From Elusimicrobiota bacterium (GTDB taxonomy: Bacteria; Elusimicrobiota; Elusimicrobia; UBA1565): DNA of 64,000 nt. The stretch is taken from NCBI GenBank assembly GCA_043827405.1, contig JBDRPD010000066.1, positions 1-64,000 of the forward strand, given 5' to 3'. Every line of letters starts with the position of its first letter. Positions within the stretch are counted from its first letter, which is position 1. The position numbers and the translations under genes are program-made. The notes beneath the pieces were generated by a model. The model saw only the letters and a program-made list of their open reading frames with translations, was not told the origin of the DNA and searched no databases. Shown piece by piece: positions 38,041-47,910 of the stretch.

Positions 38041-39597
38041 TTATAGCTTAAGCGGAAGCGTCTCAATATTGCGCTGGATAAAGAGCACGCTCTCCGCCCC
38101 CAGCGGACGGCTGATGATGCGCTCAAACAGGCCGCGTAAGAGCTGGCCCGCGAAGCGCGCTCCGGCCTCGCCCTTGTCGACGGCCGCGCTTTCCCGCACC
38201 ACCGGCTCGTTCGCTTCCCACAGGAAGCTCTTTGTTCCGGTCTCCCACAGCGACAGCTTGCCGCCCACCTGGCGCTTGCCGTAAGCCCCGAGCATGATCT
38301 CCTCGAACTCCGTTATATGCCCGAACATCAGGCGCTGGGCGCCCAGCCATTGCGCGTACCTAACCTTTTGGCCTCCTTTGAGCTGTCCGCCCTGGGATAT
38401 CCCGTGCCCCCGCAGTTCTCTGTCGACCGCGTCCAGGTCGAGCATATTGTAGCCGCCGGCATGGAGCGATTTGTGCATGAGCTCCCTGAGGATGTCCGGT
38501 CCCTCGACGCTCGAGGTGACGTCCGAAAACGGCATGACCGCGGTGGGGGCGGCGAACCATTCAATGGCGGCTTGGGACCGCCGTCCCACGGCATCGAGCG
38601 CGCCCGCGAGCTCCTCGAGGATGCTCTGCCAATTTATTTCGCCGGCCGCCGGATCGCCGGCGGCGCTTTCCTGCGCTTTCCGGTACAGCCGATCGGCCTC
38701 CGCGAACTCCCGCCGCTTCTCCGCGGCGACGGCCAAGTTCATAAGGTCGCGCCAGCCGCCCTTGCCGGATTCCAGCCTTTCAGCCCAGAGTTCCGAGGCA
38801 CGTTCCCAGTCGCCGGCGAAGGCGGCTGAGCGCGCGGCAGCGGACAGGGGCTCCTCTTTGTCGGCGTTGATCATGCGTTTGCGCTCGATGACGGGCGTGC
38901 GCCCCAGTCCCTTGGCAATCTCCTGGGCGGCACGGGACAGGACCTGGCCCTCGATCTTGCGGTACCACTCGTCAGCCGAGGGTTTCTTTTGGGAGGTTTT
39001 ATATGAGGTGTCCGCCCCGGTAACGGTATGCGTTGATTCGTGGAGAACGCCGCCTCCAGGATGGACGACGAGGCGGGTTCGCAGCGTCAGGTGTGCGGTC
39101 AGCTTCCATTGCGTAGTCGTGCGCTTCTCGTATTTGCCTTCCTTGTTCTTGACCTGGGTTTCCGTCGATTCCTCTTTGATAGCGGTATGGAGCCGGGTAA
39201 AATCAACGCGCAGGATACCGGAAGGGCGCAGGCGTTCGAGAAACGGATCCGGGCCCGCGACGGAGGAAGGCATCGCCCGGTAGGCGATCAGATGCGCGCC
39301 GCGGCTGTCCAGCGTCTTGCCCAGCGCGCGCGCGAAATGTCCGGCGTCCACCCCGAACGAGATGCGCGCGCCCTGTCCGACTATGTCCTGAGCCTTGCTG
39401 AGGGCGCCGCCGATGAGGCTGCCGCTCAAGAGCGGGGGGCGGCCGACAACCAGGTACAGGTTCCCCAGTGAGCGGGACAGCTCGCGTCCCTGCGGCGTCT
39501 GCGGCTGCGGATAGGCGACGCGTACGCCGCTCGCCGCACAGCCGCATAGCAGGGCACCGCTCAGAACCGCCGGGACGGCGCGAAGGAAAGGGCTCAC
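38041..39597 (-). CDS. Lipoprotein with TPR and GNA1162/CsgG-like C-terminal domain
   Basis: LLCGC lipobox; AVMPF.D, L..GGY, GI..GGQL. Confidence 0.6.
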   Translation of the reverse strand: MSPFLRAVPAVLSGALLCGCAASGVRVAYPQPQTPQGRELSRSLGNLYLVVGRPPLLSGSLIGGALSKAQDIVGQGARISFGVDAGHFARALGKTLDSRGAHLIAYRAMPSSVAGPDPFLERLRPSGILRVDFTRLHTAIKEESTETQVKNKEGKYEKRTTTQWKLTAHLTLRTRLVVHPGGGVLHESTHTVTGADTSYKTSQKKPSADEWYRKIEGQVLSRAAQEIAKGLGRTPVIERKRMINADKEEPLSAAARSAAFAGDWERASELWAERLESGKGGWRDLMNLAVAAEKRREFAEADRLYRKAQESAAGDPAAGEINWQSILEELAGALDAVGRRSQAAIEWFAAPTAVMPFSDVTSSVEGPDILRELMHKSLHAGGYNMLDLDAVDRELRGHGISQGGQLKGGQKVRYAQWLGAQRLMFGHITEFEEIMLGAYGKRQVGGKLSLWETGTKSFLWEANEPVVRESAAVDKGEAGARFAGQLLRGLFERIISRPLGAESVLFIQRNIETLPLKL

Positions 39598-39624
39598 AAG
39601 GTTATTTCATACAATCTACCTCCC

Positions 39625-40593
39625 ATGGTCAAGCTCGCCCGCACCGACGGTCCCTCCTGGGCGCAGATTCTCGCCGCCAAGGAGCGCATCGGGTCCTGGA
39701 TTCATAAGACTCCGGTACTGACCTGCTCGGCGCTCGACCGCATGACCGGGGCGCGGCTGTACTTCAAGGCGGAAAACCTGCAGCGGACAGGCTCCTTCAA
39801 ATTTCGCGGCGCGTCCAACGCGGTGCTTAGTCTGGACGAGAAAGAGGCGAGGACCGGGGTCGCGACGCATTCCTCGGGCAACTTCGCGCAGGCGCTGGCT
39901 TTGGCTGCCAGGCTGCGGGGACTGCCCGCGTATATCGTCATGCCCGGCGACGCGCCCGCGACCAAGCGTGAGGCGGTCGAGGCATACGGCGGGATCGTGA
40001 CCGAGTGCGCTGCGAATCCGTTTTCCCGCGAGACGACGCTGGCGGCAGTCGTGCGGCGGACGGGCGCGGTATTCGTGCATCCTTACGATGATCCGGTGGT
40101 CATCGCCGGCCAGGGTACGGCGGCGCTGGAGCTGGTCAAGGAGATCCCGGATATGGACATGCTGGTCGCGCCGCTGGGCGGCGGCGGGCTGCTGTCCGGC
40201 ACCGCGATCGCCGCCAAGGGGCTGCGGCCGGACCTGCGGGTATTCGGCGCCGAGCCGGAGACGGCCGACGACGCGTATCAGTCCCTGGCGACGGGGCGGC
40301 TGGCGCCGCCGCGTCCCGGACGGACGGTAGCGGACGGGCTGCGAACGGGGCTGAGCGAGCGAACCTTCGCGATACTGCGTCGCGACCTCTCCGCGATTTG
40401 CCGGGTTTCGGACCGCGAGATCCTGCAGGCGATGCGGCTGCTCTGGGAGCGCGCAAAGACGGTGGTGGAGCCGTCCGGCGCCGCGGGGCTCGCCGCGGTA
40501 CTGCGGGAACGCGATACTTTCGCGGGAAGGAAAATCGGTATAATCCTGAGCGGTGGAAATATGGATTTTAAGCAGTTAAAGGACTGTCCCTGA
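39625..40593 (+). CDS. PLP-dependent threonine/serine dehydratase (serine racemase family)
   Basis: ENLQRTGSFKFRGA, SSGN, GGGGL, VEPSG, LSGGN. Confidence 0.92.
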   Translation: MVKLARTDGPSWAQILAAKERIGSWIHKTPVLTCSALDRMTGARLYFKAENLQRTGSFKFRGASNAVLSLDEKEARTGVATHSSGNFAQALALAARLRGLPAYIVMPGDAPATKREAVEAYGGIVTECAANPFSRETTLAAVVRRTGAVFVHPYDDPVVIAGQGTAALELVKEIPDMDMLVAPLGGGGLLSGTAIAAKGLRPDLRVFGAEPETADDAYQSLATGRLAPPRPGRTVADGLRTGLSERTFAILRRDLSAICRVSDREILQAMRLLWERAKTVVEPSGAAGLAAVLRERDTFAGRKIGIILSGGNMDFKQLKDCP

Positions 40594-40601
40594 GGTGCAA
40601 A

Positions 40602-42464
40602 ATGACCGATACGGTTGAGAAGATCGAGTTCGCGGCGGAAGTGCAGAAGGTGCTCGATATTGTTATTCATTCGCTTTACCAGCATCGCGAAATCTTCCTG
40701 CGCGAGCTGATCTCGAATGCGTCGGACGCGCTCGACAAGCGGCGCTATGAGGCGCTGACGGACGCGGAGCTTCTTCCCGAAGGCGAGGAGCTCGCGGTGA
40801 CGATCACGGCGGATAAAGAGAAACGCGAGCTGACGATTTGCGACAGCGGCATCGGGATGAACCGCCAGGATCTCATCGAGAATATCGGAACGATCGCCAA
40901 GTCCGGGACCAAGAGCTTCCTCGATGCTTTGAAGGAGCGGGGCAAGGAGGGGGCGCCGGAGCTGATCGGTCAATTCGGTGTAGGATTCTATTCGTCGTTT
41001 ATGGCAGCGGATTCGGTCACCGTGCGTACGCGGCGGGCGGGGCAGAAGAAGACATTTCTCTGGCGTTCGGAGGGCGCGGGCGGTTATACCGTTGAAGAGG
41101 CGGACGAGGCTCCCGTTGGTACTTTGATCACGCTGTGCCTGAAGAGGCCGGAGGAGGGAGAGATCGATTTTACGGACGAGGAACAGCTTAAGAGCATCAT
41201 TAAGAAGTACTCGGATTTTGTGACCTATCCCATCACGGTGGGAGCGGGCAAGGAGCCTGTCAACTCGATGAAGGCCATTTGGACCAAGCCCGCCAAGGAT
41301 ATTACCACCGACGAGCATGACGAGTTTTACAAGCACCTGACGCATGACTGGAACGACCCGTTGGAAGCGATCCGTTTTACCGCCGAAGCGGCAACGCTCA
41401 GCTTCGACGCGCTGCTGTATGTTCCGACGGAGGCGCTGATGGACCACTTCCATCCGCAGCGCAAGGGCGGGCTATGCCTCTATGTGAAACGGATCCTGGT
41501 TATGGATGAATGCCGCGACCTAACGCCCGACTATCTGCGTTTTGTGCGCGGCGTCGTCGACTGTCCCGATATTCCGCTTAATATCTCGCGCGAGACGATG
41601 CAGCATAATCCGCGCATAGTCCAGATGCGCAAAAGCATCATCAAGAAGGTCTTTGACGCCCTGGAGGCGATGAAGAACGACAAGCGGCTCAAATACGAAG
41701 ACTTCTGGCGGGCTTTCGGCAAGATTCTGAAAGAGGGACTATATTCCGATAAGGAGATTCAGGATCGGACAAAGAATCTGGTTCTTTTTGAGAGCTCAGG
41801 TAAGGATAAAGGCAAGCTGTCCTCGTTTAAGGAATATGTGGAGCGCATGAAAGAGGGGCAAAATGAGATCTATTACATCACCGGCGAATCGCGCGCGGCG
41901 GTGGAGAACTCGCCCTATCTCGAGGCGCTGCGGGCTAAGGGCTATGAGGTCATCTTCTTTACCGATCCCGTCGACGAGGTCGTGATCGAGAATATCGCGG
42001 ATGTCGAAGGGAAGAAGCTGCAGCCGGCCGGCAAAGGCGATATTAAGCTCGAGGACGATGCCGCCAAGAAGGAGGACAAGGAACGCAAGGAAAAGGACTA
42101 TAAATCGCTGCTGGAGTTCCTCAAGGGCAAGCTCGAGAAGCACGTTATCGAGGTCCGTTTTTCCGATCGGCTGACCGAAAGCGCGGTTTGTCTGGTCGCC
42201 CAGGAAGGGGGCTTGAGCGCGCGGCTGGAAAAGCTTATGCGCGAGAACCAGCGTCCCCTGCCCGCCAATAAGCGCATTATGGAACTCAATCCGGGCCACC
42301 CGGTCGTCGAGAAGATGAAGGCGATGTATGACAGCGACAAGGACGATCCGCTCCTGTCGGATTTCGCAGACCTGCTCTACGGCCAGGGCGCCTTGTCGGA
42401 AGGGTCGCCCTTGCCCGATCCCGCCGGCTATGCCAAGCTCGTCGCCAAGCTGATGGCGTCTTAG
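40602..42464 (+). CDS. htpG: Chaperone HtpG (Hsp90)
   Basis: FLRELISNASDALDK, IGQFGVGFYS, LNISRE. Confidence 0.97.
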   Translation: MTDTVEKIEFAAEVQKVLDIVIHSLYQHREIFLRELISNASDALDKRRYEALTDAELLPEGEELAVTITADKEKRELTICDSGIGMNRQDLIENIGTIAKSGTKSFLDALKERGKEGAPELIGQFGVGFYSSFMAADSVTVRTRRAGQKKTFLWRSEGAGGYTVEEADEAPVGTLITLCLKRPEEGEIDFTDEEQLKSIIKKYSDFVTYPITVGAGKEPVNSMKAIWTKPAKDITTDEHDEFYKHLTHDWNDPLEAIRFTAEAATLSFDALLYVPTEALMDHFHPQRKGGLCLYVKRILVMDECRDLTPDYLRFVRGVVDCPDIPLNISRETMQHNPRIVQMRKSIIKKVFDALEAMKNDKRLKYEDFWRAFGKILKEGLYSDKEIQDRTKNLVLFESSGKDKGKLSSFKEYVERMKEGQNEIYYITGESRAAVENSPYLEALRAKGYEVIFFTDPVDEVVIENIADVEGKKLQPAGKGDIKLEDDAAKKEDKERKEKDYKSLLEFLKGKLEKHVIEVRFSDRLTESAVCLVAQEGGLSARLEKLMRENQRPLPANKRIMELNPGHPVVEKMKAMYDSDKDDPLLSDFADLLYGQGALSEGSPLPDPAGYAKLVAKLMAS

Positions 42465-43657
42465 TCGATCACCCGCAGGCGGATGGTTTCGCGGACGGCG
42501 CGCAGTGCCGCAACCACGTCCGAGTCGGATTTTTTGACGATATCCGTAATCACGTAGCCGACGTTATCGGTGGTCTTCAGGTACTGGCCCACGATATTGA
42601 TGCCGTGACTCGCCAGCAGGGTCGTGACCTGAGACATCACCCCGGGAACGTTCCGGTGGATGTGCAGCAGGCGGTGCGCCTTCTTGCGCACGGGCAGGCT
42701 CACGGGCGGCAGATTGACATTGTAATAGGTGTCTCCTGTGCGCACGTACTTGCCGAGATTGTCCGCGACATAAGCGGCGATCTCCTTCTGCGCTTCCAGC
42801 GTGCTGCCGCCGATATGAGGGGTGAGGATGACGTTCGGAAGTCCCTGCAGATTGCTGCGGAAGCGCTGCTGGCCGCTCTTCGGCTCCTGGGGATAGACGT
42901 CGACAGCGGCGCCCGCGAGACGGCCGTTACGGAGGTGCCTGGCCAGGGCGGCGAGATCCACGACCTTGCCCCTGCTCATATTGAGCAGAAACGAGCCGGA
43001 ACGCATCACCTTGAGTTCCCGGTCACCGATCAGGCCGACGTTCTGGGGGGAGTCGTCGACGTGCAGGCTGACCACGTCCGCTTTCCTTAGCAGTTCCCGC
43101 ATGGAGCGGCAGCGCCGTGCATTGCCCAGGTTGAGCTTCTCCAGAATGTCGTAGTAATAGACCTCCATGCCCAACGCCTCCGCGAGGAGGCTGACCTGCC
43201 CGCCGATATTGCCGAAACCGATGATGCCTAGCCGCTTGCCGCGGATTTCGTGCGCCCCTTGGGCGCTCTTGTCCCAGATACCGGCATGAACGGCTTTGGA
43301 CTTCTCGAAGATCCTCCGGAAGAGCATGATGATCTCGCCGATGACGAGCTCGGCGACGCTTCGGGTGCTGCTGTAGGGGGCGTTGAAGACGGCGATGCCG
43401 CTTGCGGCCGCCGCCTCGAGATCCACGTTTTTCGTTCCTACGCAGAAACAGCCGACCGCCAGCAGGGAGTCGGCTTCCTTGAGGATGTCGGCGGTCAGCG
43501 CGGTCCGTGAGCGCACTCCCAGCAGAGAGATGCCTTTAAGGCTCGCGCGCAGCTTCTTTTCGCTTAAGGCGCCGCTGAGGGTGCTGGCGCTGAAGCCGGC
43601 TTCTTTCAGCCGTTTCTCGGCGAAGGGATGAATGTTTTCTAGCAGGAGTGCTCTCAT
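42461..43657 (-). CDS. serA: D-3-phosphoglycerate dehydrogenase
   Basis: LLLENIH, GIIGFGNIG, TPHIGGST.EAQ, C-terminal ACT domain. Confidence 0.93.
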   Translation of the reverse strand: MRALLLENIHPFAEKRLKEAGFSASTLSGALSEKKLRASLKGISLLGVRSRTALTADILKEADSLLAVGCFCVGTKNVDLEAAAASGIAVFNAPYSSTRSVAELVIGEIIMLFRRIFEKSKAVHAGIWDKSAQGAHEIRGKRLGIIGFGNIGGQVSLLAEALGMEVYYYDILEKLNLGNARRCRSMRELLRKADVVSLHVDDSPQNVGLIGDRELKVMRSGSFLLNMSRGKVVDLAALARHLRNGRLAGAAVDVYPQEPKSGQQRFRSNLQGLPNVILTPHIGGSTLEAQKEIAAYVADNLGKYVRTGDTYYNVNLPPVSLPVRKKAHRLLHIHRNVPGVMSQVTTLLASHGINIVGQYLKTTDNVGYVITDIVKKSDSDVVAALRAVRETIRLRVID

Positions 43658-43740
43658 AGGCGGTTATTCTACAAGATTGATTGGGAGGGTCGGTCCGCAA
43701 AACGCTAGAATAGCCGCTGTCGCATCGCAAACCGGAGGGT

Positions 43741-44949
43741 ATGATGATCTTCAGCAGGCAGACGCTCGAAAAGTACGCCGATGTGATGCTTTGGGGGCTT
43801 GAGACCGCGCGTAAAGGCGGTCGGCTTAATCCCTATGAGGCGGTCATGCTGCGTTATGATCCCGCGGCCCTGCCGCTCGCCGAAGCCGTGCACCGCCGGC
43901 TGCTGAAGCGGCGGCTGAACGTGGTCCTGCGCGCCGGCGCGAGCCCCGATATGGAGAAGGATTTTTATCAGCTGGCGGACAACCGGCAGCTCGCATTTGT
44001 TGATAAAGGGCAGAAGGAACTGGTCGAGAGCCTCAATGGATATATCGCGCTGATCGCTCCGACTTCTCTGACCCACCTGAAGGGTGTCGAGCCCCGGAAG
44101 TTCGGGGTGAGCGCTCTGGCGCGCAAGTTCCTGAAAGATATCTTTGATAAGAGGGAGGCGGCGGGACGCTTCAGCTGGACTCTCTGCATGTATCCGACCG
44201 AGGAACTCGCCCGGCAGGCGGGCATCTCCATCCGCAAGTTCGCCGAGCAGGTGGAGTGCGCCACTTTCATCGATCAGCCTCGTCCAGTGGAGAAATGGAA
44301 GCTGATCTTCCGGCAGAGCGCGCGGATCAAGAAAGGGCTCAACTCGCTGCCGATCGAGACGCTGCATATCCGCTCAAGGAATATCGACCTGAAAGTCCGA
44401 CTCGGAGAGAAACGGCGCTTCGTCGGCATCAGCGGCCATAATATCCCTTCGTTCGAGATATTCACTTCACCGGATTGGCGGGGGACGGAGGGCGTGTACT
44501 ATTCGGACCTGCCGTCCTTCCGGACCGGCAACCTCGTCAAAGGTGTGCGGCTGCACTTCAGGAAGGGACGCGTCGTCAAAGTCACCGCGACGAAAGGCCA
44601 GGAGTACGTGCGCAAGACGCTGAAGACCGATTCCGGCGCCTGCCAGCTAGGAGAGTTCTCTCTGACCGACCGCCGCTTCTCGCGGATCAGCCGGTTTATG
44701 GCCAATACTTTATTCGACGAGAACTTCGGCGGGCGCAACGGCAACTGCCATCTCGCCGTGGGCAGCGCCTATGCGGAGACCTTTACCGGGAGTTCCAAGA
44801 CGCTTACGCCGGCGCTGAGGAAGCGCCTCGGCTTCAACGACTCCTCCGTGCACTGGGACCTCGTCAACACCGAGGATAAGGTCGTAACCGCAGTACTCAA
44901 AGGCGGAGAGACTGTTACGCTCTACGAAAAGGGGCAGTTTAGAGTCTAG
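43741..44949 (+). CDS. Aminopeptidase, M29 (AmpS/AmpT) family
   Basis: NIPSFEIFTSP, GEF, LFDEN, HLAVG, SSVHWD. Confidence 0.9.
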   Translation: MMIFSRQTLEKYADVMLWGLETARKGGRLNPYEAVMLRYDPAALPLAEAVHRRLLKRRLNVVLRAGASPDMEKDFYQLADNRQLAFVDKGQKELVESLNGYIALIAPTSLTHLKGVEPRKFGVSALARKFLKDIFDKREAAGRFSWTLCMYPTEELARQAGISIRKFAEQVECATFIDQPRPVEKWKLIFRQSARIKKGLNSLPIETLHIRSRNIDLKVRLGEKRRFVGISGHNIPSFEIFTSPDWRGTEGVYYSDLPSFRTGNLVKGVRLHFRKGRVVKVTATKGQEYVRKTLKTDSGACQLGEFSLTDRRFSRISRFMANTLFDENFGGRNGNCHLAVGSAYAETFTGSSKTLTPALRKRLGFNDSSVHWDLVNTEDKVVTAVLKGGETVTLYEKGQFRV

Positions 44950-46976
44950 CGTCCGGCGCCGGTGTAGATATCCCGGCGGATTTGGGCCAGTAGTTCCTTG
45001 TAGTGCTGCTGCAGGGGGTCCGGCTTGTCCAGCAAGCGATCGAGCAGCTTCTGCGGGCCCGCATACGTCGTTCCCTCCGCGTCGATCACATAAGCCCGGG
45101 TCGCCGGATCCGAGTCGGTATGCCCGATCATGATATTGTCGGCGATATGCACATCCTCGGGCACCTTAATGCGCAGCTTGACCAGCTTGGCAAAGAGGGA
45201 TTTTACGAGCTCCAAGTCGGCGCTTGAGACGTTGCGCAGCGTCTTCCCGCGCACCCGTTCCTGCACGAGATAAGAAGTGTTCCACTCAATCCCGTTCTGG
45301 TCGCGCAGCAGCATGCGGCCCGCGCTCAGCGGCATGGGTGCGGTCATCTTATGCGGCAGCAGCAGCTTGCGGCCGTCAAGCTCGCCTTTCCGCGTCAAAC
45401 GGCTGACCGCCGTCGCCTCCGATATCTCCGCTGCCTGTTGGGCCTTGGTCAGGTATTTGAAGTTTTTTGGGCTTTTCTTGGGGAATATCGTAAGCAGGTA
45501 ATTCGGGAAGTTGGGATGCACGAAGAGCATCTTCGAACCGCTGCCGTCGAAGTATTCGAGAGGACGCCCTGCAAAGTAATATCCCTCCGTATGTCCGGGG
45601 CCTCTATGCTCCACATGGCCGACGAGAAGCGGATCGTCCGCTGGATTCATTGCCGGAGGGGCGCGGCTGCGTCCATCCTTCTGCGCGCCGGGTGAAGGGA
45701 CGCCCTTGCGCGCGGCGAAGCGGCGGTAGACGTCGCGGAAATTCGCCTGGAGATCGGAGGGCAGCAGAGCAAAGTGCGCGTTATCCATCAAGGGCTTAAG
45801 GAAGCCGGCCGTACCGTCGAGGATCATCTCGTCCGTGGGATTCTCCGATTTGGCGGCCGTGCGCAGCTCGTTGGCCAAGCCGCGTACCGCGCGCTCGGCA
45901 AAATCTCCCGTATCCAGATACATCGCCGTCTGGTCGGTATAGGCCAGGAGCCTGCCCAGCGCGATCCACTTGGGGGCGAGATCGGCGCCAAAGTGCGTTC
46001 TCGCCATAGCTTCGGCCTCGTTTTGCATCTTGGCCATCTCGTCCTTATTCAAGCTGAAATCGGTGAATTTGATAAGAGTCTTGAGCTGCCCGCGGCCGCG
46101 CTCGCCCAGGCCCAGTTGCGCCAGGAGGGCGCCGATATCCGGATCCTTGTCGATGTTCCGCAAGGTCGCCGTAACGCGCGCCGGGGTATTGGGCGCGCGC
46201 TGGGGATCGATATCGTGCAGCGCCCCGGCGACCAGAAGCAAAGCCTTTTCCGCCGGGGTGAGCTTCAGCGCGGCGCCGGCGGGGCTGTCGATGATCGCCG
46301 CCAAAGTGTTGGGTACGCGTACGGAATGGCTCGCGTTGTGATAGATATTCTTCTGGCTTCCGGGGTGCGTCACCTTCATGATATTGAGCAGGCGCGTGAG
46401 CGGTACGCGGCCGACGCCGTAGCCCATAAGGGAGCGGGCGAAGCTGCGCTGGCCGCCGCCGTTGGCCGCTCCGCCGCCGAAGCCCGAGGGAGCAATACCG
46501 CTTTCCAGGGCGGTCACGCCGCCGGTCTTCCCCTCGCGCAGATCTCCGCCGTCAAAGAGCTTATGACTGACGGCGGCGGACTTCTCGCTGCCGCCCTTTT
46601 TTTCGGCCTTAATCCTGCCGGTGCCGTCCTGAACAGTTTTTAAACCCCGTTGGAATTGCGCACTGCCGATCTTGAGTTCAGCGGGAGCGGTTTTTAGTTT
46701 CTGCCCTGCCGCGTTGATCGCCATGTCCTTGGGCGCGTTGAGCTGCGTATTGATCCCGCCCACGGAAGGCAGCCGCCCGCCGTCAAGCGTCGGAATCCCG
46801 AGACCGCCCGGCGTGTTGAGCGCCGTATTCGGCGTAGTCAACGCAGCGCCGGCGCCGCCGGCGCCGCCGATATTCGCTTTGGGGACAGGGACTTCAAGAA
46901 CGATAGCGGCTTGCAGGGATAGAGGAAAAACCAGGGGCAGGAACAGGCTGATTAGAGGCGGTGTTCGAGATATCAT
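44946..46976 (-). CDS. Secreted-type protein: leader + HD domain + kinase-like C-terminal region
   Basis: Signal peptide from ATG 46976 with GGAG RBS; YHNASH, ALHDID; later YLVQERV.G, DVHIADNIM, YVID. Confidence 0.6.
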   Translation of the reverse strand: MISRTPPLISLFLPLVFPLSLQAAIVLEVPVPKANIGGAGGAGAALTTPNTALNTPGGLGIPTLDGGRLPSVGGINTQLNAPKDMAINAAGQKLKTAPAELKIGSAQFQRGLKTVQDGTGRIKAEKKGGSEKSAAVSHKLFDGGDLREGKTGGVTALESGIAPSGFGGGAANGGGQRSFARSLMGYGVGRVPLTRLLNIMKVTHPGSQKNIYHNASHSVRVPNTLAAIIDSPAGAALKLTPAEKALLLVAGALHDIDPQRAPNTPARVTATLRNIDKDPDIGALLAQLGLGERGRGQLKTLIKFTDFSLNKDEMAKMQNEAEAMARTHFGADLAPKWIALGRLLAYTDQTAMYLDTGDFAERAVRGLANELRTAAKSENPTDEMILDGTAGFLKPLMDNAHFALLPSDLQANFRDVYRRFAARKGVPSPGAQKDGRSRAPPAMNPADDPLLVGHVEHRGPGHTEGYYFAGRPLEYFDGSGSKMLFVHPNFPNYLLTIFPKKSPKNFKYLTKAQQAAEISEATAVSRLTRKGELDGRKLLLPHKMTAPMPLSAGRMLLRDQNGIEWNTSYLVQERVRGKTLRNVSSADLELVKSLFAKLVKLRIKVPEDVHIADNIMIGHTDSDPATRAYVIDAEGTTYAGPQKLLDRLLDKPDPLQQHYKELLAQIRRDIYTGAGR

Positions 46977-47062
46977 ACAACCACTCCAACCACGGTGCGT
47001 TTGCGACCGCGCCGCGCCACCTCCGGATACCGTTAGTGTAGCTCCGGAATGCGCATATTTCA

Positions 47063-47095
47063 AGCCCGGAAGCAGCCCGGAAGCAGCCCGGAAGC
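47063..47095. repeat. Tandem 11-mer AGCCCGGAAGC x3
   Basis: Three exact copies abutting the -35 box of a TTGAAA-17-TACACT promoter (minus strand). Confidence 0.85.
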
Positions 47096-47098
47096 AGT

Positions 47099-47434
47099 TC
47101 AGCCGCCGATGCGCTTTACCTTATATCCTTCCGCGATGAACTCGCTCTCCAGGAAATCGCGGCGGTCTCCCTGCAGCTCCAAAACCCCGTTTTTGATGGT
47201 TCCGCCGCAGCCTAAGCTCTTCTTGAGCCGGCTGAGGAGTTTTTCCTTGAGACGGGGATGCATGTTAAGACGTTCGACGCGGGTTACTCCCTTGCCTTTG
47301 CCGCCGCGCTGAAAGGACAGGCGGAGAGGCTCGGGCTGGCGGCGAGCCGATTTTTCCCGACAGCCGCAGGGCGTGCGCCCGCAGCTGGAGCAGAAGTCTG
47401 GATCGGTCGAATAGACCAAGGGATCGCCGCTCAT
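47099..47434 (-). CDS. yciH: Translation initiation factor SUI1/YciH family
   Basis: LVYSTD, GKGVT, LKK..GCGGT, LQGD. Confidence 0.9.
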   Translation of the reverse strand: MSGDPLVYSTDPDFCSSCGRTPCGCREKSARRQPEPLRLSFQRGGKGKGVTRVERLNMHPRLKEKLLSRLKKSLGCGGTIKNGVLELQGDRRDFLESEFIAEGYKVKRIGG

Positions 47435-47910
47435 CTCAGGTCCCGCGGGGCGCCCGCCGGTGTTCGTCGAGCACCGCGGACATGTTCCTTTACCAGGTCG
47501 GGGTTTCCGACGCCGTCAAAGCAAACTTCTATCCCGTCGCCGCCCGCGGATGATAGGCCGACGTCGCCGATGCCGATGAGGCGCTGGAAGAAAGTCTGTT
47601 CCAGCGTGATGTTCCTGATATCGCAGATTTCCACTTCGTCGAGGCGTCGTGCCAGCAGCCCGCGGCGGGTTATCGCCCGGTGATTGGTTAGAAGATAGCT
47701 GCTGCCGAGCCGGAGGATCGCGACGCCCGAGTACAGGAAAACAGCGCCGGCGAGGGAATAGGCGGCGTAGTCGTCGCGACGCGTCCACCATAATGCCGCC
47801 GCCAGGATGATAAGCAGGTCGGCGGTAAGCAGAGAGGCCCACCAATTCCACAATGAGGGCCGTCCCCGCCAGAGAGTCTTTTCGTTATGTGGGGGGGGAG
47901 TCGTCATCAT
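47431..47910 (-). CDS. Membrane protein with bacterial PH (bPH_2) domain
   Basis: W.GRPS, 2 TM, Y.LTN.R, Q...QRL.GIGDV. Confidence 0.8.
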   Translation of the reverse strand: MMTTPPPHNEKTLWRGRPSLWNWWASLLTADLLIILAAALWWTRRDDYAAYSLAGAVFLYSGVAILRLGSSYLLTNHRAITRRGLLARRLDEVEICDIRNITLEQTFFQRLIGIGDVGLSSAGGDGIEVCFDGVGNPDLVKEHVRGARRTPAGAPRDLR

